Origin: Octopus sinensis
Lineage: Eukaryota
DNA: 64,000 nucleotides
Assembly (NCBI RefSeq): GCF_006345805.1
Contig: NC_043001.1
Location: 30,876,001 to 30,940,000, forward strand
Direction: 5' to 3'
Below, one piece after another: positions 25,453 to 37,990 of this stretch (within the stretch, counting starts at the first letter, position 1; each line of letters opens with the position of its first letter). A program made the position numbers and the translations under genes. The notes beneath the pieces were generated by a model. It was not told where the DNA came from. It worked only from the letters and a program-made list of their open reading frames with translations, and made no database searches.

Positions 25453-25769
25453 GTAAAGTATTAGTCTTTAGTAATATAGTATATTTGATGAGATATAAGA
25501 CACTTTTTTTCAAAAAAATGTCTCAAGACATAACCCCTGATCATATATGCAAATTTGGGCCTATATTACATGAGATGAAGTATTGAAGGCCAATCTCAAA
25601 ATGTTGAGCCTTATGAAGGAGATGACAGAAGACAGAGGTATGTGGCACAATGCTGTACTCAAACTGTCCTGACCACCACAACAGAATTGAGATCCTAAAA
25701 TCAAGGTGCCACGCAAAAAGCATTGGTGTGGGTGCTGGTGCCAGATAAAAGCATTGGTGCTGGTGTCAC

Positions 25770-26370
25770 ATAAAAAGCATTAGTGTTGGTTCCACCATCA
25801 GTGGCCCGGGTGATGTCTTCGTTAAACTTGATAAGTTGATCACAGCAGCTGGAGATAGGGATAAATCCAAATTGTGAGGGATGGATAAGGCTGTGAGAAT
25901 TCCAGAAGTTCCAGAGTGTTTCTCTGACATCAGTTTGGCAATGCAGCTAGTAAGACTGACTGGACAATAGTTGACAGGTAATGTGTGGTCACCCTTTTTG
26001 AACAGAGGAATGACACTGGCAGTTTTCCACTGTTCCGGGGGTAGCACCATTGTTAAGACAGAACTGAAAGAAGAGTGAAAGCTGGAGCAGAAGAAAGTAA
26101 CCACTACGTTTGAGAAGCATGTATGTAACACCATCAAGATCAGGAGAGGCATAGTTGCACTTATTCTTCAGGTGACATTGCAGCATTGCAGGTGTAAATT
26201 CCATAGTTATAGAATTTGGTGTCAGAGGTGAAGGGGATGGTAGGTTTTGGTTTTCAATCATAAAAATGCCTGCATAGCATTCAGCAATGAGTTCTGTGCA
26301 TTCTTTGGGATTGTCAGTAATCTGGCTTGCATGGGGATTGCCAAAAGGACCAACTGGAAGTGAAGTCTCT
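25770..26370 (-). mobile_element. CR1/L2-type LINE RT fragment
   Basis: SPDLDGVTY...QWKTASVIPLFKKGDHTLPVNYCPVSLTSCIAKLM, RT domains 0-1; frameshifted. Confidence 0.85.
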
Positions 26371-26376
26371 GCTTTG

Positions 26377-26793
26377 AATACTCTTTTACTCTTTTACTTG
26401 TTTCAGTCATTTGACTGTGGCCATGCTGGAGCACTGCCTTTCGTCGAACAAATTGACCCCAGGACGTATTCTTTGTAAGCCTTGTACTTATTCTATCAGT
26501 GTCTTTTGTCAAACCGCTAAGTTACAGGAATGGAAACACACTAGCATCAGTTGTCAAGCGATGTTGGGGGGAACAAACACAGATATGCAAACACACACAC
26601 ACACACACATATATATACATATACATATATATGACGGGCTTCTTTCAGTTTCTGTCTACCAAATTCACTCACAAGGCTTTGGTCGGCCCGAGGCTATAGT
26701 AGAAGACACTTGCCCAAGATGCCACGCAGTGGGACTGAACCCGGAACCATGTGGTTGGTAAGCAAGCTACTTACCACACAGACACTCCTGTGC
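26377..26793 (-). mobile_element. SINE family A, full length
   Basis: tRNA-like head (GGCTGTGTGG...GTTCAGTCCC) and TACTCTTT tail. Confidence 0.9.
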
Positions 26794-27631
26794 CTGAATG
26801 TACATATTTCCAGAACATCTTACTGTCAGGGTTGGTTACTATGTGCTGCTCAACTTCAAGCACTGCCCTTTTTGTCACCTGCTTGAGATGTTGGATGATT
26901 TATTGAGCTTTTTCCTATTTATATCTGATTTATGCAAATGGGTATGTTGTTATTGTTTAATCTAAGCTCAGTCCTAATTGAGCGAACCTATGGTTGAAAG
27001 CATTCTACTCTAACCATCCAGTATTTTTACATATGAATGACTGCTTTTTTTTTTTCTGAAGACATCAGGATGTAATCTGAGGGAGCTTTGGCTGCTATTT
27101 CTAGCAGATTGATTGGTTACATAAAAGCTCCTTTGGCTCAAAGAATACTTTGTAATTGTCTCTGGAGCCAACCATACTATGAGCTCTCGAATTTTAGAAA
27201 GAGCAAAGATTCTGACTATTTTAATTAATAAGGATTCCTGCTGTATCTCTGAGTACCTTCAAAGAAGTGAAGACGTTAAAATTCAGTCCTTAAATGCCAT
27301 TTCTACTTATTTTGGTCAACGTTGTTGCTTCTCCATATATTACAATTTTGTTCTATCCTCTTCTCTCATACTTTTATCCCCCATCTCTAAACCTGCCACA
27401 CCACCACTCGGGGTTCATAGTCTTGTAAGCTGCATAGTAACCTGAGTGCTGGTGCCATGAAAAAGCATTCTGTAAAGCAATTGGCATTAGGATGGACATC
27501 CAGCTGTAAGAAACCATGCTAAAGTAGAGAGTAAAACACAATACAGTATTTGGGTCCATGGGATATTGTCAGATTGGAACATGGACATTAAATGATGATT
27601 ATGATAATGATGATTCTCTTTTTATTTCCAG

Positions 27632-27955
27632 TTGTCTATGAAACCAAAGTGTGGAAGACTAGTTGGCTTTAATGCTGCAGATTATCATGGAGTGAAAGCA
27701 GTTATAAAAGGCCAGCGCTGTTGTTTGGCTATGTGGTATACTCAAGATCCAGACTTCAAAGAACTGGCTCATAGCCAAGCTCACAAAATTCTAAAGCAAG
27801 TAAAGAAAGAGCGACAGGAAAGTGAAAAATCTAGTTCTGACAGTGGTGACAATGATAGTGAAAAAGACCAACCAAATTCTTCTGATTCTTCCACAGACAT
27901 TTCTTCAAAAGAAAAGAACACAGACAGTATATCAAATAAAAATGAAGAATTGTAG
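27632..27955 (+). CDS. P3H: P3H terminal coding exon (distal His, 2OG-binding Arg, C-terminal NEEL)
   Basis: CAG|LSMKPKCGRLVGF...YHGVKAVIKGQRCCLAMWYTQDP...NEEL*. Confidence 0.95.
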   Translation: MSMKPKCGRLVGFNAADYHGVKAVIKGQRCCLAMWYTQDPDFKELAHSQAHKILKQVKKERQESEKSSSDSGDNDSEKDQPNSSDSSTDISSKEKNTDSISNKNEEL

Positions 27956-29073
27956 GCTTAGTTTTAAGATATGTCTTCATGCTGTGAAAAAAAGTATTAT
28001 TAATATTTTTATGTAAATAATTTCAATAGACATCTTCATCTTTACTGTCTTCCTCACAAAGTTTGACAAGAGGAAAAGCCACTCAAAAAGTCTTTCGATA
28101 AAAACACTCACCCCATACACACACACACATACATACACACACACACACACACACCCTTGCTCACACATTCGCACTCAAAATGCAAATTTGAACAAATTCT
28201 AATACCAAAGCTGAACTATATCAAATAACAAAATACAATTATTGACAATCAACACAAGAGTAAAGCAATAAAATGATGATGTTGATCTGGAAGCTTTAAT
28301 TATATATAAATTTCAATATAAAAAATATATATATATATCTTGTATTGAATTTTATACATAATGCTTTTATATGTGGCATCAAAAAAAAATACATATATAT
28401 ATATATGTATATATATATGTATATGTAAAACATGTATATATGTGTATATGTACATATACATGTAAATATATGTGTGTATATATTGATATGTAAATACATG
28501 TGTGTATGAAAGGGTGTGTATGGCTTAACAAATGCTTTGTTAAAGAATATAGGTGCTATTTTGAAGTATTTCTCTTTGTAGAACAATCAAGAACAAATAT
28601 TGGAAATTTATTAAAAATGATTAAAAATTAAACAAAATTTAAATATTATTTTTTTAATGTCTGATCCTAGACTTGTCTACAAAAGTACACTGGCAAATAG
28701 CCACCTTCCTGTCTCAAATACTGTCTCCAATTAGTCATAGGGGGTTTTTCTTGTTCCTTTCCTGTTTTACAGGTTATTTGGTGGCTTCACTAGTGCTGGT
28801 GGCATGAAAAAATATGCATCCAGGACACACAGTAAAGTGGTTGGTGTTAGGAAGAGCATCCAGCTATAACCATGCCAAAGCTTATGGTGGAACTCAATTA
28901 AATAATATAAATTTCACATTTGGATCAAGTGTTTATATTTAGATAGTAATCAGGAAGACGAGAGAGAGTGATGCACATGCACACTGCGTGCATGCACACA
29001 TACACACAAGAGGAAACAGCTGTGATTTACCCCAACTATCTACACTAAATATGTGTGTGTGTATATATATATA

Positions 29074-29994
29074 TGCGTATAATAGGGATGACCACTAAGT
29101 GGACATCCAATATGTTAGAAGAAGATGACCGACGATCTAACCGCAAAGAAAAGAATGTTCTCTAGAGAAATTCAGCAAACACCAGAACATAAGTGGGTAA
29201 GAAAGATGAGAATATATAAAATACAGAATTAATCGTAGATTTTACTTATGTAATCATCATCCGTGGACTCTTCAGTACGATCGTTCTGATTCAATATAAT
29301 TTGTAGAACTACACACTAGTTGTCCTTATAAAATTAGACGTGTGTATAGTTCTACCGATTACACTGGGGTTACTTTCAAATGTCTAAGTTCTGGCGCACT
29401 AAATCCTGGAAACAGTTCCACAGTAGATAATTCACTGTAGTTAATGTTGCCGATTAGAGAACATAATTATTTAAAATTTAAATAATGAGGGTGATAAATT
29501 GAATATTAATTTAATTAATGTCAATATCAATTTAAAACCAGTAGCCTAGCATATAGAAAAATCTGAAAATTCAGAAAAATTGTAATACATGTGTATAATA
29601 GGGATGACCACTAAGGGGACACCCAGTTGCAGAGTTCTACAAATTATATTGAATTGGAACGATTGTACTGAAGAGTCCACGGATGATGATTACATAAGTA
29701 AAATCGTTGATGATGAAACCGGTCTATGATTAATTCTGTATTTTATATATTTTCATCTGTCTTACCCACTTATGTTCTGGTGTTTGCTGAATTTCTCCGG
29801 AGAACATTCTTTTCTTTGTAGTGAGATTGTAGGTGATCTTCTTCTAGCATATTGGATGTCCACTTAGTGGTCATCCCTATTATACGCATGTATTACAATT
29901 TTTCTGAATTTTCAGATTTTTCTATATGCTATGCTACTGGTTTTAAATTGATATTAATTAAGTCAATATTCAATTTATCACCCTCATTATTTAA

Positions 29995-29997
<3 letters not shown>
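29074..29997. mobile_element. Penelope-terminal-repeat-like element in tandem plus inverted arrangement
   Basis: 29634-29997 (+) is mirrored by 29074-29309 and 29476-29623 (-), separated by a 166-bp spacer. Confidence 0.75.
29662..29730 (+). ncRNA. Minimal type-I hammerhead ribozyme motif
   Basis: ATTGTA-CTGAAGA(29668-74)-GTC...GAT-GAAA(29715-18)-CCGG-TC(29723-24)/TATGAT; palindromic stem III ACCGGT; the mirror copy has stem I ATCGTA/TACGAT. Confidence 0.7.
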
Positions 29998-30020
<23 letters not shown>

Positions 30021-30025
<5 letters not shown>

Positions 30026-30312
30026 AAATAAGAAAATGGAGAAATACAACCAAATCAAATATTAATTACCAGATAATACCTAATCACATACTTTATTAAA
30101 CCACCACATAAGAGACTTTAATGTAGAACAAAACAGTGTACATAAAGGAGTAATGTGATACAATAAGTACAATATGTATAAGGGAATATAAATATAAGTA
30201 AATATAAATATAGACTACATCTTATGTGGTGGTTTAATAAAGTATGTGATTGGGTATTATCTGGTAATTGATATTTGATTTGGTTGTATTTCTCCATTTT
30301 CTTATTTTGTAT
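30021..30312. repeat. Fold-back element, 93-bp arms, ~106-bp spacer
   Basis: 30021-30113 is the reverse complement of 30220-30312 with ~2 mismatches. Confidence 0.85.
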
Positions 30313-30481
30313 TATGAATTTGTGGTAAAACATTTTACCTTTGCCCATATAATACAGTAAATGAATTAATTGCATCGCAATTCTTAACATTTATGTATTA
30401 ACTTTGTTGGGTACTTCACTAACAGTATATTGGATATATGTTATCCCATGGAGGGTTGAATTTACAACCCCTATCTCAATT

Positions 30482-30546
<65 letters not shown>

Positions 30547-31019
30547 TATACGGTGTGAAGAGCATGGTTGACAATGTTTTTATGTATGAAGCACCAAAGT
30601 GATTATCTTGTATTTTCCTTTTTTTAACTACTACAAAAGCCTGTTGATGAATGCTTTATCCCAAAATCTTGATGCCAACAGAAACCACCGTAAGGAAGTA
30701 ACAACAGGTACTAAATGTACATGTGCACACATTCACACACTTATGTATTGTAGGACAGGTGGTATATTTAATTACCTTTTGGATTTTTTTCTGAAAATTC
30801 TAAATAACATTCAACACATTATTAGTTATAAAAGAATACTTAATTTTAGAATAAAAGAATACTTAATACTTAATTAAAATTAGGTGCAAATTACATAAGA
30901 AAACTGTGGTAGCCCAGTATTATTGCAAAACTTAAAACAATGTAACTGATATTGAATATTTGTAGGAAAGTAACAAAAACTGTAAAAGCAAGAGGATCTT
31001 TCATCTTTTAATTGTTTCA

Positions 31020-31381
31020 GTCTCTGGAGCTAACCATACTATGAGCTCTCGAATTTTAGAAAGAGCAAAGATTTAATTTATCGACCCCTAAAGGATGAAA
31101 GGCAAAGTCAACCTCTGCAGAATTTGAACTCAGAACATAGCAGCAGACGAAATACCACTAGGCATTTCACCCAGTGTGCTAACATTTCTGCCAGCTCGCT
31201 GCCTTTTATTTATCATCTCTAGTACCTCCTTATCACTCACCTTTTCTATGTAACAACTAACTCTTGATCTGCTAGAAATAGCAGCTAAATTCTCTCATCA
31301 CACCTCACCATCTTCAGAGCTGGAGACATTCAACACTGTTCTAGCTGTACAAAAAGATGTGATGGTCAAGGCTGGTTAAAT
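31020..31381. other. Composite insertion copied from 27158-27211 (direct) and 33807-34096 (inverted)
   Basis: Direct sequence comparison; the insert interrupts a family A SINE tail. Confidence 0.8.
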
Positions 31382-31636
31382 CTGTGGCCATGCTGGGACA
31401 TCACTTTGAAGGGTTTTAGTTGAATAAATCAACCCCAAGAACATATAATTTTTAAAGTCTAGTACTTATTATGTCAGTCTCTTTTGCTGAATTGGTAAGT
31501 TACAAGTGACATATACAAACCAACAGCAGTTGTAAAGCAATGAGAGGAGACCTATAGGACTTCCAGGACAGTCCTGTGTACTCATGACTTAAGACAGCAC
31601 TGCATGTAAGTAGGTGTGTGTGCAGTTTATCATGTA

Positions 31637-32003
31637 AGGTGCAGGCATGGCTGTGTGGTTAGAAGTTTGCTCCCCAACCACATAGCTCGAGGTTCAGCCC
31701 CACCGCATGGCACCTTGGCAGGTGTCTTCTGCAGCCTCAGGCCAACCAAAGCCTTGTGAGTGAATTTGGTAGAGGGAAACTGAAAGTAGTGAGTGTGTGT
31801 GTGTGTGTGTGTATCCCCCACCACTGCTTGACAACTGGTGTTTGTGTGTTTACATCCCCGTAACTTAGCTGTTCAGCAAGAGACTGATAGAATAAGTACC
31901 AAGCTTTAAAACAAAGTATTGGGGTTGATTCGTTCAACTAAAATTTCTTCAAAGTGGTGCCTCAGCATGGCCACAATCTAATGACAGGAAGAAGTAAAAG
32001 ATA
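31637..32003 (+). mobile_element. SINE family A
   Basis: Head and tail match the other copies. Confidence 0.85.
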
Positions 32004-32343
32004 AAATGTTTTTGTGTGTGTGTGAATGTAGGCATATATAATGCAAATAGTCATTGGAGTTTTTGTTGTGATAGTTCGGGTTGTGACAAAACCTTGGTAA
32101 AACCTGCACATGTATTGACACATACCAGCATGCATACAAACACACCAATAACATAGTAAGTGCATATACACACAAACACAACACATTTTGCAAACACAGT
32201 TACACACACACTCAAATATACATCCATATCTATACAACACACAGAACACAAGCATATATGCATGCACGCAAATCCATCTTCATTGTAATCTGAGATGAGC
32301 AACAGACACAAACATACATATTCAAGCCAATACAATTCCCCAA

Positions 32344-32733
32344 TCTTTATATATAAAAGAGAGGTTGTGTGCTGTCTGTCTCCTATGATTTAGACTCCTA
32401 ACTACTCCCACATTTTGCGGTGCAGTTTAACCAAAACCAGGTATCTTATAGTCGTGATTCATATCAAGCCCTTCTGGGTATTAGCGCACGTCTACGATGA
32501 GTCTACAATTTAAAAAAAAATTTACCATCAATTTTTCCCATTTTTAATGCATTTTTGGCATATATAAGGGAAATAACTCTCTAAAAATTTATTATTAAAT
32601 CTCAGAACGTAAAAAGCTACAGTAACACTTTGTGGTTAGCCATATTGAGATGGCTATTATACTTTACATCTCTAAAAATGCTTATATAGTTATTTCCCTT
32701 GCAAACTCGAGCAACGCCGGGCGATACTGTTAG
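32344..32733 (+). mobile_element. Non-autonomous Helitron
   Basis: A|TCTTTATATATAAAAG ... CTCGAGCAACGCCGGGCGATACTGTTAG|T. Confidence 0.8.
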
Positions 32734-32775
32734 TGTCCTATATTACACATACATATTAACATGATACAAACACAT

Positions 32776-32830
<55 letters not shown>

Positions 32831-32842
32831 CATAGATAGATA

Positions 32843-33244
32843 TACTCTCTTTTACTCTTTTACTTGTTTCAGTCATTTGACTGCGGCCATGCTGGAGCAC
32901 CACCTTTTAGTCGAGCAAACCGACCCCAGGACTTATTATTTGGAAGCCTAGTACTTATTCTATCGGTCTCTTTTGCTGAACTGCTAAGTTATGGGGGCGT
33001 AAATACACCAGCATCAGTTGTCAAGCGATGTTGGGGGGACAAATACAGACACACAAGCACACATACATATACATATATACGATGGGCTTCTTTCAGTTTC
33101 CTTCTACCAAATCTACTCACAAGTCTTTGGTCGGCCCGAGGCTATAGTAGAAGACACTTGGCCAAGGTGCTATGCAGTGGGACTGAACTCGGAACCATGT
33201 GGTTGGTAAGCAAGCAACTTACCACACAACCACTCCGGCACCTA
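32843..33244 (-). mobile_element. SINE family A, full length
   Basis: Head and tail match the other copies. Confidence 0.9.
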
Positions 33245-33972
33245 ATTAAAGTAAAGATATGTACATACACAAATGCATAAACATTGATATGAATTATACA
33301 CATTGATACGATGTGTACAAACAAATTTACTAAATATTCGATTCACACACTGCAATTGATACAGGTTAGAAACATAAGTACAACTTCTTGCCCCCAACGC
33401 AGCACGGCCCTGCACTATAACATAAATACACATACACTGTTTACAATAGGTGGTGCCAATAATGGTGATCTTCTATGTGCAAACCAAACATGTATGCATT
33501 GTACACTACAGACTTAATTCACTTGAAGTAGCTTATATCACCATTATCTCTCTAAATCAACTGAAACAGACTGAGCTCATCCTTATGGCTAATTGCTAAT
33601 AAGTCTCTATCCAACTCATGCTGGCATGAAAGCTGAGCTTGAGGATGTATTATTTATAAGGGGTGTAAACAGATCTACATGATTGTCTTTGAAACCACAG
33701 AACTATTAGATGTATTGTTTACAGGGAATGTAAACATCACTGGTTTGCCCAGGTGATGTCATATGAAAACATTGTTAAGTCTCAGGTTGGCTCTGACTGA
33801 GGCATTCCAGCCTTGACCATCACATCTTTTTGTACAGCTAGAACAGTGTTGAATGTCTCCAGTTCTGAAGATGGTGAGGTGTGATGAGAGAATTTAACTG
33901 CTATTTCTAGCAGATCAACTGTTAGTTGTTACATAGAAAAGGTGAGTGATAAGGAGGTACTAGAGATGATAA

Positions 33973-34195
33973 ATAAAAGGCAGCAAGCTGGCAGAAATGT
34001 TAGCACGCCGGGTGAAATGCCTAGTGGTATTTCGTCTGCTGCTACGTTCTGAGTTCAAATTCCGCCGAGGTTATCCTTTCGGGGTCGTTAAATTAAGTAC
34101 CAGTTACACACTGGGGTCGATGTAATCGACTTAATCCCATTATCTGTCCTTGTTTGTCCCCTCTGTGTTTAGCCCCTTGTGGGTAGTAAAGAAAT
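33973..34195 (+). mobile_element. SINE family C with 18-bp TSD
   Basis: TSD AGGTACTAGAGATGATAA at 33955-33972 and 34196-34213; B box GTTCAAATTC. Confidence 0.88.
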
Positions 34196-34485
34196 AGGTA
34201 CTAGAGATGATAATGTTGTCAAGAGGAATTTTCAGTGTTTATGACATTAAGTGGGTTTTGGTAAATAGAGACCATTGTAGCTGAAGGAAGAGAGAGAATT
34301 AAGATAATAGTTTAGTTGGTGCTAGAATATTTGATGTAGTAACAAATATTGATATTACACCTTCAGTGACAGAACATTAAAATGAATGGATAATTGATTT
34401 AAAGCAGAAAAAAAGAAAGATAACCACAAAATTTATTGTTCCCTAATAAATAGAATATTTTTCTTCAATAACATTATCTAAAGAT

Positions 34486-34855
34486 AGGTGCAGGCATGGC
34501 AGTATAAGAAGTTTGCTTCCCAACCACATGGTTCTGGGTTCAGTCTCACTGCATGGTACCTTGGACAAATGTTTTCTATCAAAGCCTTGTAAATGGATTT
34601 GATAGCTGGACTAAGAAATCCATCATGTGTGTGTGTGTGTTTGCATTTGCCCTCCACCATTGCTTGACAACTGGTGTTGGTTTGTTTATGTCCGCATAAC
34701 TTAGCAGTTCAGCATTAGAGATTGAAGGAATAAGTACCAGACTTAAGACAAAAAATATATATATAAGCACTGGGGTCAATTTGTTTCACTAAAACCCTTC
34801 AAGTTGGTGCTCCAGCATGGCCATAGTCCAATGACTGCAACAAGTAAAAGATAAG
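34486..34855 (+). mobile_element. SINE family A, diverged
   Basis: Homology to the other copies. Confidence 0.8.
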
Positions 34856-35259
34856 ACTGTTAATCATTGTTATTTGAACTAGTTTCTCTAAGTTAGTTGC
34901 TAAGCAACACAACATTTGATTATTAGCCTACTTGGGAGCTTTGATGTAAGCCACTTTGCTTGCTAATATAATTTTTGAGAAGCAGATATAAATTCTAGGT
35001 ATCTGGGTCCATGATCCAATTTCATTCTAATGTGAACCCAGCTTTATAAAAGCAAAAATTTCATGTACTCTCATTCCCTGAATTAATGGCCATGAAGTGA
35101 CATTGGGAATTATAATTTCTAAAATTGCTTAGTAACTACTTTTGAATATTCTCACCAACTTACTCCCTTAATATTAATAACAACAAGCTAAAAGATAAAG
35201 TAAGACCATTGGGCGTTAGGAGCACCACTTGAAAGTTTTATCTTGACAAGATGTACATG

Positions 35260-35640
35260 GGTGCAGGTATGGCTGTGTGGTTAAGAAACTCACTTTCCAT
35301 CCACATGGTTTCAGGTTTGGTCCTACTGCACAGTACCTTGGGCAAGTGTCTTCTACTATAGCCCCAGGTTGACCAATACCTTGTGAGTGAGTTTGGTAGA
35401 CAGAAACTGTCGTGGAAGCCTGTTGTATATGTGATTTTGTGCTTTCTCTCCTGCCTGATCACTGCTTGACAGTTGATGCTGGTTGCTTATATCCTTATAA
35501 CTTAGCAGTTCAGCAAAAGCGATCAATAGGATAAGTACCAGACTTTAAAACAAGCACTGGGGGTGATTTGTCTGACTAAATGCTTCAAGGCATTGACCCA
35601 GCCTGGCTGTAGTTCGATGAGTGAAATAAGTATAAGATAA
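35260..35640 (+). mobile_element. SINE family A, diverged
   Basis: Homology to the other copies. Confidence 0.8.
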
Positions 35641-35771
35641 AAGGAGAGTTCAACCTGAGCTCACGCTCACCAAACTATGCTCATGGTGGTGGAGTTAGTT
35701 AATGAAGCATTAAGTTACAGTGCTTATATACACCATCCACTATATAATTAAGTGGTAGCTATTTAAAACTA

Positions 35772-36071
35772 GGTGCATGGCTCAGTGGTTGGAACGTCGA
35801 GCTTATGATTGTGAGATTGATTCCTGGACCGGGCTGCGTGTTGTGTTTTCGAGCAAGACATTTTATAACTCAGCTGTAGAAATGAGTTGTGACATCACTG
35901 GTGCCAAGCTGTGTCGGCCTTTGCCTTTCCCTTGGTGTGGAGAGGGGAGGCTGGTATGCATGGGCGACTGCTGGCCTTCCATAAACAACCTTGCCTGGAC
36001 TTGTGCTTTGGAGGGTAACTTTTAAGGTGCAATCCCATGGTCATTCATGACCGAAGGGGGGCTCCTCCTCC
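35772..36071 (+). mobile_element. SINE family B with 11-bp TSD
   Basis: TSD ATTTAAAACTA at 35761-35771 and 36072-36082. Confidence 0.88.
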
Positions 36072-36264
36072 ATTTAAAACTAAAGAGATTTTAGCAATAT
36101 AAGAGATATTTTGGCTCTTCAATGTTATAGTATTGGTGTCAGAATCTTAACCATGAAGTCTTTAGGTATTAAACTACCATCAACAAGGTTCAGTCATTCG
36201 TAATTATCTAACTAAACATTCCTTTCATAAACTTTCATGGTTCACTGAGCTAGTGTTTAACTCT

Positions 36265-36580
36265 TTGACTGGCACTGTCGCTTATGACGATGAGGGTTCC
36301 AGTTGATTCAATCAACAGAACAGCTCGCTCATGAAATTAATGTGTAAGGGGCTGAGCATACCACAAATACATGTATCCTTAATGTAGTTCTCAGGGAGAT
36401 TCAGTGTGACAAGGCTGGCCCCTTTGAATTACAAGTGCTACTCATTTTTGCCAGCTGAGTGGACTGGAGCAACATGAAATAAAGTGTCTTGCTCAAGGGT
36501 ACAACACATCACTGAGAATTGAACTCACAACCTTACAATCATGAGTTGAATACCCTAACCACTAAGCCACATACCTTCAC
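36265..36580 (-). mobile_element. tRNA-head SINE, family D
   Basis: Minus strand head GTGGCTTAGTGGTTAGGG...GTTCAATTC; second copy at ~40860-41130. Confidence 0.75.
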
Positions 36581-36619
36581 CTTTTAGCATTCACATACTT
36601 CATTCAAACAATAATGCTT

Positions 36620-36988
36620 ATTTAACACCTCCGCCTTCGCTAAGGCAGAGGTATTCTTTATGGTCACGTTTGCTTGTTTGTTTGTCTGCAGACAGGATAT
36701 CTCAAGAACCGTTGAATGGATTCAGATGAAATTTTCAGGGTTGTTTGGCCTCGTGACTGGCATGAACTGATTAAATTTTGGGATCTACCTGGTACCAGAC
36801 AAGGATTCTGGATTACTTTTCCTGTTCTTTTATTATTTATTTTTGAGAGCGGTCGGGTTCATTTTTAGTATTTCCGTTTGTGTGAGCAGTCAAGTTTATT
36901 TCAGATATTCTCATTTTAAAAATCATCTCTAATTGTTGAGAGGACATTGGTGTTGCCTTGGCGGAGGTTTGCACTAAGTATTCTTGTT
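36620..36988 (+). mobile_element. Helentron-associated (HINE/DINE-1-like) element
   Basis: Subterminal IRs ACCTCCGCC (36627) / GGCGGAGGT (36960), 5' hairpin, (GTTT/GTCT)n tract, T-rich flanks. Confidence 0.7.
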
Positions 36989-37990
36989 CACTTTGTTTTG
37001 AATTAATCCCGCATTATCTTATAGCTTTGAGATTTTGATGAGGTAACTTAATTTTTAGGTTATTGTAAGGTTGGCGTGAGAGGCCAGGTGTAGCCAGTTT
37101 GAACATAAAACATGTAGAATATTTTGGCTAGATATAGGCCAGTTTAAATGCCAAAGAACTAAGTAAGAGAGAAAGATTCTCTGGAACAGGACATCATTCT
37201 ATAACAAATAAATTCACCAGTCAGCATACATAACTTAGCAGTGCAAGTCAATAAATCACTTAACAAATTTACAATGTTTTGCTTGCTTATCTCAAAGAAA
37301 TGTGCTCTACCAACAAAAATCTACCCACAGCTAGGTGGACTGAGCTATTTAGAATCAATTGCACCAAATAAGCTACACTCAGCTTTATTTATCTATTTTA
37401 TATAATTTATGTTGGTTTAAGGATATAGTAGCCAAATTCTAAGTTCAATTAGTCAAAGTTAACACCCTTTCAGCCTTCTTGGGAGAACAGGATCAATAAA
37501 GTTAATACATCAGGCTTTATATCAGATCGTTTTATAGTTTGGTAGCTGGTATTTATTTAGCTAGTGCTATGCCTCCTTACAACTACTACTCCTGTTTCTT
37601 ACTAAAACAATCACAAAGAAAAACAAAAAAATACTTCACATACTACTCAGTGACAGAATAAATATATATATATATAAATAAATTGCAGAATACTATTCAA
37701 AATCACTTCATAGTTAACATACATTGTTTTATTGCAGTGTGGAATTTTTATGCTTACACAGCTTAGCATTTTAGTAAACAGTTGACATGATCTCATAGAT
37801 ATAAAACTAAATGTGTTTGACATTTGCAATCAAGAGGTTCAGAGAGAAATATTGCAGGGTGGAATAAGGTGGGGAGCCTCTGCTCAAAATCGAGGATTTA
37901 AGGTTCAAATAAAGCTTAAATCCTTAATTTTTTTTACCCCCACCCCATAAAAGACAACAAAATAGCATGAAACCTCTTCTTCATAATATA

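Noticed and set aside
26258-26761. Recurrent short ORFs such as ...VLQHGHSQMTETSK and FQFLSTKFTHKALVG
   Set aside because: Chance frames within SINE family A, repeated in every copy.
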